Positions 58,230 to 64,000 of a stretch of 64,000 nucleotides of DNA are shown in pieces; within the stretch, counting starts at the first letter, position 1; the number at the start of each line of letters is the position of its first letter. Under the pieces are notes generated by a model, which worked only from the letters and a program-made list of their open reading frames with translations, had not been told where the DNA came from and ran no database searches. The translations under genes were made by a program, and so were the position numbers. Source of the DNA: Candidatus Poribacteria bacterium (lineage in GTDB: Bacteria > Poribacteria > WGA-4E > WGA-3G); NCBI GenBank assembly GCA_964291315.2, contig OZ219753.1, forward strand, positions 1,376,001 to 1,440,000, read 5' to 3'.

Positions 58230-59270
58230 TTAAAGCGTCTCGCTGAGGAACTCAAATGCACCCACACCGTAAAAACTGTGTCCTGCTTCAAACGCCTCGA
58301 ATTCTAATTTGTTTTCTGCTTGGAAGCATTTGTAAATTGCCTTTGCCTTGTTGACCGCGAAACGAGTGGCTTCAATCGGAAAGATTGTATCTTCCGTGCC
58401 AGATTCGACAAATAGCGCACGCGGTGCAATTAGTCCTGCTATGTCGTACATCTCTGCATATTGTAGCACATTCGGGATATAGTTGTCTATACAGTGGCTC
58501 AAACTTAGAATGCTATCCCGGAATGTGTTGAAATAACCGCTTACGACTGCAGCCTTGACTCGTGCATCGATTGCGGCAGTAAAAAAGGCCGTGGTGCCAC
58601 CCCCAGAAATACCCATCACCCCCAAGCGAGTCGCATCGATCTCAGGACGGGTCCCTAGATAGTCGAAGGCACGCGCAGCATCGTAGACCCGCCAACCGAC
58701 CATTGTCTGCCCTAGAAGGAGTGCTGCCCCTGCACTCGGTTGGCATGATGAATGGCCGCCTCCATGCCCACGCGCTACCGGATCACGGCGGTGTCCGAAC
58801 CCAAATTGTTCGATCGCAAGTACAGTGTAGCCGTGTGCAACGCATTGGAGTGCAAAGTCATTTTGGTAACCTCCAAACGCTGAGCGCACCGTTCCGTCTT
58901 CCTCAATACCTATAATATCATCTACGCCGCGTCCATGCCCGGCCAGACAGAGAATCGCCGGGTTCGGTGCTGAAACGTTGAGACGCTTTGGAGAAAGAAG
59001 GTAACCGAAGACCGACATGTGTGGACGGCTCTTAAACTGTAACGTTTCCCGGAGGTACGTCGGAAACTCATGTGTTTCCAAAACTTCCGCTTCTAAATCG
59101 CATGCCTCATGTGGGAAACCACCAACTAGTTCGATGAGTTTTGCCCGAAGTTCCCGCTGCCAAACTTCCCCTTCCGCTTTGCTCGTGGCTTGGAACGCAA
59201 GTTGCTGTGGTGTATCGGCATACAACTGGTGTGAAAAGGCTAAAGTGTCTCTCTCCGGTTCATGATGCAT
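58230..59270 (-). CDS. Alpha/beta hydrolase (dienelactone hydrolase / acetyl-xylan-esterase-like)
   Basis: GISGGG nucleophile elbow, LIAPRAL, GH near C-terminus; GGAGG before MHHEPE at 59270. Confidence 0.85.
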   Translation of the reverse strand: MHHEPERDTLAFSHQLYADTPQQLAFQATSKAEGEVWQRELRAKLIELVGGFPHEACDLEAEVLETHEFPTYLRETLQFKSRPHMSVFGYLLSPKRLNVSAPNPAILCLAGHGRGVDDIIGIEEDGTVRSAFGGYQNDFALQCVAHGYTVLAIEQFGFGHRRDPVARGHGGGHSSCQPSAGAALLLGQTMVGWRVYDAARAFDYLGTRPEIDATRLGVMGISGGGTTAFFTAAIDARVKAAVVSGYFNTFRDSILSLSHCIDNYIPNVLQYAEMYDIAGLIAPRALFVESGTEDTIFPIEATRFAVNKAKAIYKCFQAENKLEFEAFEAGHSFYGVGAFEFLSETL

Positions 59271-59313
59271 CGCGTGCCTCCAAAAAGTAGAACGTTTGGA
59301 CATCGTTCGGATG

Positions 59314-60576
59314 TTATCGGTCCAAAAGGTTTAAAACCAACCCAGTTGCCATTTTCGGATAGAAGTAGGTAGATTTTTGTGGCATTGTTGACCCGGCCAT
59401 AGCTACCTCCAGGACCTGCTCGACCGGCGTAGGATTCATGAGGATCGCGATCCGGTCAGATCTACCTTTCACATGCGCAACGGCATCATCTACATAAGCG
59501 GTGTAGCTAATGTGTTTCGCTACTGTTTCGACTTGGAATATTTCCTTGATTAACGTCTCTTGAACGAAGGCGACATCCAATTGACTAGGCGTTGTTGAAC
59601 GCGGAATCAGCAAACGGAAGTTATCGTCTGCCGTATATATACCAGTCGCAGCAAACTTGCCTCTCAGCGAATCCAGCTTTTCCATAAGATTTGCTTGTGT
59701 CTCGATTTTATGCACCTCGAATACTTCTGGTAATTTTGCGATAGCCTCGGTGATTTTGCGAGGATTGAGGTTGTCGAGCAGTCGATGAATCGCTAAAACA
59801 GCCAGCCCCGGCGACTCCATCCTGACAAGGTTCATCATCATATAGTCATAGCCGGTCGATTTAGTGTCCGGCACCTTCTGCGTTATTTCGTCACGGAAAG
59901 CCAGCGCGGTCTCATAACGGTGATGCCCGTCAGCAATGAGAAGCGGTTTTGATGTGAAAAGAGTTTGAATCTCGCGATTGCGTTCTACGTCATCTAAACA
60001 CCACAATTGGTGTGTGCTTCCGAACGTCTCCGCGCACTCAACATCGGGGGCATGTCCGTCGGTGAAACTTCGCATTATGTCTTCTATCTCACCCTCGCTG
60101 TCAGTGTAAAGCAGAAAAATCGGACTCAGGTTCGCATGACACTCGCGCATAAGGTTGAGCCGGTCCACCTTGGGGCCAGCGTGCGTTTTTTCGTGTGGCA
60201 AAATGATTCTGTTTTTAAAGGGCTCAAGTTTGACTAAGGCGATTAAGGCGCGACGCGTGTAGCTTTTCCCGTCTGGCGCCTTAAACGATTGATCGTAAAT
60301 ATAATAACGCGGCGTTGTGTCCCGGACGAGAGTACGCTCTGAAATCCACCGGTTCATGAGGGCTGCGGCTCGTGTATATTGATTTGCGTCTGTAGTATCA
60401 TTGGCGCAGGGCTGGCTTAAAATTAGACGGATGATATTGGCGGGATGGCGTGCCTCTAAAGCAAGCCGTTCTTGAGTTTTGATCACATCGTAGGGAGGCG
60501 AAATAACATTCTCAATCCGGCCTACCTGTGTTGCGTTGTAGCGTAAGCCACAAAACGGAATAACTGTGGTATCCAT
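59314..60576 (-). CDS. DUF1015 family protein
   Basis: SPPYDVI, ILPHEKT, IADGHHRYETA, MPQKSTYFYPK. Confidence 0.9.
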   Translation of the reverse strand: MDTTVIPFCGLRYNATQVGRIENVISPPYDVIKTQERLALEARHPANIIRLILSQPCANDTTDANQYTRAAALMNRWISERTLVRDTTPRYYIYDQSFKAPDGKSYTRRALIALVKLEPFKNRIILPHEKTHAGPKVDRLNLMRECHANLSPIFLLYTDSEGEIEDIMRSFTDGHAPDVECAETFGSTHQLWCLDDVERNREIQTLFTSKPLLIADGHHRYETALAFRDEITQKVPDTKSTGYDYMMMNLVRMESPGLAVLAIHRLLDNLNPRKITEAIAKLPEVFEVHKIETQANLMEKLDSLRGKFAATGIYTADDNFRLLIPRSTTPSQLDVAFVQETLIKEIFQVETVAKHISYTAYVDDAVAHVKGRSDRIAILMNPTPVEQVLEVAMAGSTMPQKSTYFYPKMATGLVLNLLDR

Positions 60577-60641
60577 GTTTTTAAATTCTTGAGTTTCTCC
60601 TATTGCGTCATTGTTCTCACAGGTTGCTAATCGTTAAAAAG

Positions 60642-61571
60642 TTAATCCCAAAGTCGTGTACTAAAATAGCGTTCACCGAGGTCGTTGAAGACTGTGACGA
60701 TAACGCCCGTCTGAATTTCTTGGGCGACTCGATAGGCCCCGTAAAGGTAACCCCCGGAAGATTGCCCGACAAACCAACCGCGTCTAGCGAGCCGGCTACA
60801 CATTTCATGCGCTTTTTCAATCGTAGCGGGGATTCGACAATCAATCACAGATTCGTCGAGGATTTCTGGAACAATATCGTCTGGATGCCCCAACGGTTTT
60901 AGGCCCTCAATCCCAGGAAACGCTTCAGGCGCGATTGAGCAGACTTGGACCTCTGAGTTGTAATTTTTCAAGCGTTTGCCAACGCCTGTAATCGTTCCCC
61001 CGGTTCCGACACCTGCGACAAAGTGTGTGACTTTACCGCCCGTCTGTTTCCATATCTCAACGCCTGTGGTTTCGTAGTGTGCTCGCCAATTATTTTCATT
61101 CACGTATTGCGACTTGAAAAAATACTTATCAGGATGTGCTTCATAACGACGATCGACTTCCCGCAGTGCTTCATCGTAACCGAGGAGAGCATCGGTATAG
61201 ATAATTTTCGCACCGTGTGCCTGGATCCGCTTTTTCCGTTCTTCACTAGCGTTATCTGGAATGACGAGTTCCACTTTGTAGCCGAGCGTGGCACCTATCA
61301 TAGCATAGGCAATCCCGGCATTGCCCGAACTCGAATCCAAGATAACTTTCTCGCGTGTGAGTTCTCCGGATGCTATCGCCTCTGTCAGCATTCTTAAAAC
61401 CGGACGATCTTTGATCGATCCGCCTGGGTTATAGGTTTCTACTTTTGCGTAGATCTCGACGTTCGGCAGCTCATCAGCAAAGAGATCTATTTTCGCGAGC
61501 GGTGTTCGTCCTATAATTTGGAGCAATGGATATTCTGAAAGATTCACTTTTTCAGGCTTGCGCTGGCTCAT
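60642..61571 (-). CDS. PLP-dependent cysteine synthase family (CysK/CysM)
   Basis: NPGGSIKDR, SSSGNAG, GVGTGGT, IEGL, DLGERYFS. Confidence 0.92.
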   Translation of the reverse strand: MSQRKPEKVNLSEYPLLQIIGRTPLAKIDLFADELPNVEIYAKVETYNPGGSIKDRPVLRMLTEAIASGELTREKVILDSSSGNAGIAYAMIGATLGYKVELVIPDNASEERKKRIQAHGAKIIYTDALLGYDEALREVDRRYEAHPDKYFFKSQYVNENNWRAHYETTGVEIWKQTGGKVTHFVAGVGTGGTITGVGKRLKNYNSEVQVCSIAPEAFPGIEGLKPLGHPDDIVPEILDESVIDCRIPATIEKAHEMCSRLARRGWFVGQSSGGYLYGAYRVAQEIQTGVIVTVFNDLGERYFSTRLWD

Positions 61572-61597
61572 TTAGCGTTGTCTATCCTATCTTGGTA

Positions 61598-62224
61598 TTA
61601 CTTCTTGATTGTTGAAAGTTTTGTAACTCGTTGGCGAAGTAACCGGTTCATGTAATCCTTTGCTGCGGTGTCTGTTAATTGCCCATTGAGAATAGGCGTA
61701 ACCTCAAATTCAGCTAACCTTAAAGTCGGGTTGAGTCCATGGAGTGGGGGCAGCCAATCTCGAAATGTGTCAAAAAAAGCACGTTGTGCCGCACGTCCAT
61801 TTATGTAGGGAAAGTCTGCGGTGCTCCTGCGAAACCGAGCCGGGCCTTTTCCAAGCGCGGCAATGTGATATTGCTGGCAAAATTGATCGTATTCCGCTAC
61901 AGCATAAGCGACTTCAATATCTGCTGGATAAAACTGGAATGTTCGCCCCCGAAATGTTGTGAAGTGTTGCAGCTCATCAAACTCAAAGATGAAGTGGTAA
62001 GGCTCCGGAAAATACGCATCGGGAATTAGGTAACCGTCAGCTTTCGAAGTCGTGCTTTCCCAATCCCCTTCTAAGGCAGTATAGAGTGTGATCACGGCAT
62101 CATAGTGTTCACCAAAATCTTCACGGCGCGGTTTGTTACGAAGCCAGTCAAATTCGGCACGGCGTTCCGCTGTTATACCGATAACTTCCTCCACCAGTTT
62201 GATGATACCTACTTCTAGACGCAT
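61598..62224 (-). CDS. Hypothetical protein with Vsr/DUF559-like nuclease motif
   Basis: PDAYF...FEFDELQHF, QRAFFDTFRD; likely start MRLEV at 62224 after GGAG. Confidence 0.5.
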   Translation of the reverse strand: MRLEVGIIKLVEEVIGITAERRAEFDWLRNKPRREDFGEHYDAVITLYTALEGDWESTTSKADGYLIPDAYFPEPYHFIFEFDELQHFTTFRGRTFQFYPADIEVAYAVAEYDQFCQQYHIAALGKGPARFRRSTADFPYINGRAAQRAFFDTFRDWLPPLHGLNPTLRLAEFEVTPILNGQLTDTAAKDYMNRLLRQRVTKLSTIKK

Positions 62225-62279
62225 AACGTTCTCCAACTGCCTTTTCGGAGATGCCTATTATTAGATACTGATGCCTGTT

Positions 62280-63086
62280 TCACACGGGTTCAATGTCTAA
62301 ATTTTTCAGTGTATCCCCGCTTACCGCATTAATCAAACTGGCGAGATAGTCGCGATCGCGTTGTAACGCCTCCAACTTATTATCGCCGTGGACGAATTCT
62401 ATCTCTAAATAGCCACTGTATTCAACCCCACTCAAGATTTCGACAATTCGGGCATAATCTACAACACCGTCTGTAATCGGGCATCCTCTACCCTGTTCAT
62501 CAAAATTTTGGGCATGAACGTTTGTAATATGTCGTGCCAGTTTTTCCGCAGCAACATGTGGTTCGTCAGCATTGCCGTGGGCGAGCGGTTGGTAATACGT
62601 TTGGAGAGCCGGTATGCCTATCGTCTCCACTGTTTCCAAAATAGTCGCGACACTATCCGTGAAATTATTGCTGTGCATTTCCAAACCGAGTCGAATGCTG
62701 CGGAAACTTGCCCACTGTGCAATACTGACCAACCGGAAAAGAATCAAACGTTTGTCCGCAGGAGCAATTGATTTCGAGGGGCCCCCGCCCGACCAGATCC
62801 TTACGAGGTCGGTCCCTAATTCAGACGCGATTTTGAAGACTTCCTCGAAATGCTTCTGGTGCAACGGCATCAGCGGATTGACATACGAACCGAACGCAGA
62901 TATCTCCAAACCCTTGCGCAGGGCCATGTCCCGAATATTTCCGATATAACTGTCGTCGTATTCTACTGGCAGGTGCGGCGGTTTTCCCCAAATTTCGATC
63001 CCATCAAAACCGTAATCCGCGGCAATAGCGATGACCTCTTCCAACGGCTTTTCTTGGAAAGCGATGGTGCATAAACCTAATTTCAT
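62280..63086 (-). CDS. Sugar phosphate isomerase/epimerase (TIM barrel)
   Basis: GFDGIEIWG, GLEMH, NVHAQN, GVVDY, YLEIEF. Confidence 0.85.
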   Translation of the reverse strand: MKLGLCTIAFQEKPLEEVIAIAADYGFDGIEIWGKPPHLPVEYDDSYIGNIRDMALRKGLEISAFGSYVNPLMPLHQKHFEEVFKIASELGTDLVRIWSGGGPSKSIAPADKRLILFRLVSIAQWASFRSIRLGLEMHSNNFTDSVATILETVETIGIPALQTYYQPLAHGNADEPHVAAEKLARHITNVHAQNFDEQGRGCPITDGVVDYARIVEILSGVEYSGYLEIEFVHGDNKLEALQRDRDYLASLINAVSGDTLKNLDIEPV

Positions 63087-63283
63087 AAAATTTTCCCTTA
63101 TTATCTGTTTCTATTTAAATAGAATACCATAGGCGTAAACCGATTGCAAGGAAACTTTTTGATTTCTAACCGACCGCAGCAACTGAAAACTTTTATGGAA
63201 GGCAGCGGCATTAAGGTCTCAGGATTCGGGGTTCCCGCCCCACAAAGCACTAAAACATCCTAGCTGAAAACATTCAGACTCGC

Positions 63284-63312
63284 TTGACATAATCTAGCGA
63301 ACCTGATATAAT
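63284..63312 (+). promoter_or_regulatory. Consensus sigma70 promoter for modA
   Basis: TTGACA-N17-TATAAT. Confidence 0.75.
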
Positions 63313-63343
63313 TGCTATGTGTTTTTCCGGATAGGAGGAAATA

Positions 63344-64000
63344 ATGCGGCAAGGCGTAAAATTTCTTGCAATTGGTTTAGTATTCGCAGTTATTGTATTT
63401 TTGGCCTGCGCTACAGATAAACAGAAACCGATTGAACTGAGCGTCTTTGCTGCAATCAGCTTGACAGATGCCCTCACAGAGGTCGGGGCAGCATTTGCAG
63501 TCGAGAGCGGCGTTAAAGTCTTTTACAACTTCGCTGCGTCTACGACTTTGCAACGCCAAATAGAAAAAGGCGCACCAGCGGACCTCTTCATCTCGGCGAG
63601 TCCGCGTCAAGTCCTCGCCTTAGAAGCAAGCGGGTTACTTGAACCCGAGAGCCGCCAGAATTTGCTGACCAACCGGTTAGTGATCGTTTCTGATGAGGCC
63701 ACGGAAATCTCCGTGGATACACCTGCTAACCTCGCTACGCCTGAGATTTCGAGAATTGCGATCGGACATCCAAATATAGTACCCGCAGGAGCTTACGCAA
63801 AAGAAGCTTTGACGCACTTCGGATTGTGGGAAACACTCAGATCGAAGATGATCTTCAGTGTCGACGCGCGTGCTACCCTCGCTTATGTAACATCCGGTAA
63901 TGTGGACATAGCCATTGTTTACAAAACCGATACAGTTGTCAGCGAATCTATAAAGGTGCTTTATCAGATGCCACCTGAATCGTGTACACCTATCATCTAC
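63344..64000 (+). CDS. modA: Molybdate ABC transporter substrate-binding lipoprotein (runs off the window end)
   Basis: Not in the ORF track. Manual translation from ATG 63344 after AGGAGG: lipobox FLAC, VFAAISL, FAASTTLQRQIEKGAPADLFISAS, NRLV, VPAGAYAKEAL, IVYKTD. Confidence 0.92.
   Translation, partial: MRQGVKFLAIGLVFAVIVFLACATDKQKPIELSVFAAISLTDALTEVGAAFAVESGVKVFYNFAASTTLQRQIEKGAPADLFISASPRQVLALEASGLLEPESRQNLLTNRLVIVSDEATEISVDTPANLATPEISRIAIGHPNIVPAGAYAKEALTHFGLWETLRSKMIFSVDARATLAYVTSGNVDIAIVYKTDTVVSESIKVLYQMPPESCTPIIY

Noticed and set aside
63090-63343. ModE box or Moco riboswitch upstream of modA
   Set aside because: No matching motif; the promoter lies only ~30 nt before the start

Overview
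Gene-dense bacterial chromosomal segment of moderate GC, with no rRNA, tRNA, CRISPR array, transposase, integrase or reverse transcriptase that I can recognise. The repertoire (two phytanoyl-CoA-dioxygenase-family genes, TIM-barrel sugar epimerases, DUF6785-type membrane protein, BlaI/BlaR1 pair, multi-FGE-domain secreted proteins, helicase-less type ISP-like R-M enzyme, heptameric intergenic repeats) resembles Candidatus Poribacteria; this is an inference, not a classification. Left to right: carotenoid genes (crtI, crtD-like, crtYcd-like) downstream of blaI/blaR1; SLC12-like transporter; ridA-family, fabV, thuA; dnaK with sigma54-type promoter motifs; mdh; radical SAM, msrB, GT2; Gld-like ABC module; chlorite-dismutase/HemQ-family; ClpX-like ATPase; single-barrel methionine synthase; LarA-domain gene; a 7-kb plus-strand island of two paralogous secreted proteins; Zn-dehydrogenase; sat; R-M enzyme; GT-C-like membrane protein; nth; a sigma54-motif-preceded methyltransferase + AlkB pair; J-domain protein; N-terminally extended infA; cinA-like; hydrolase; DUF1015; cysteine synthase; partial modA. 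Best candidates for an undescribed system: (1) the 33.3-40 kb island, where shuffled modules (a repeated ~140-aa domain plus four non-catalytic FGE/C-type-lectin-fold domains with near-identical frameworks and hypervariable loops showing a DGR-like NNC codon pattern) lie downstream of a tandemly duplicated consensus sigma70 promoter; (2) the AT-rich SAM-methyltransferase + ALKBH8-like dioxygenase pair at 54.2-56 kb. All family calls come from motif recognition by eye; no searches were run.
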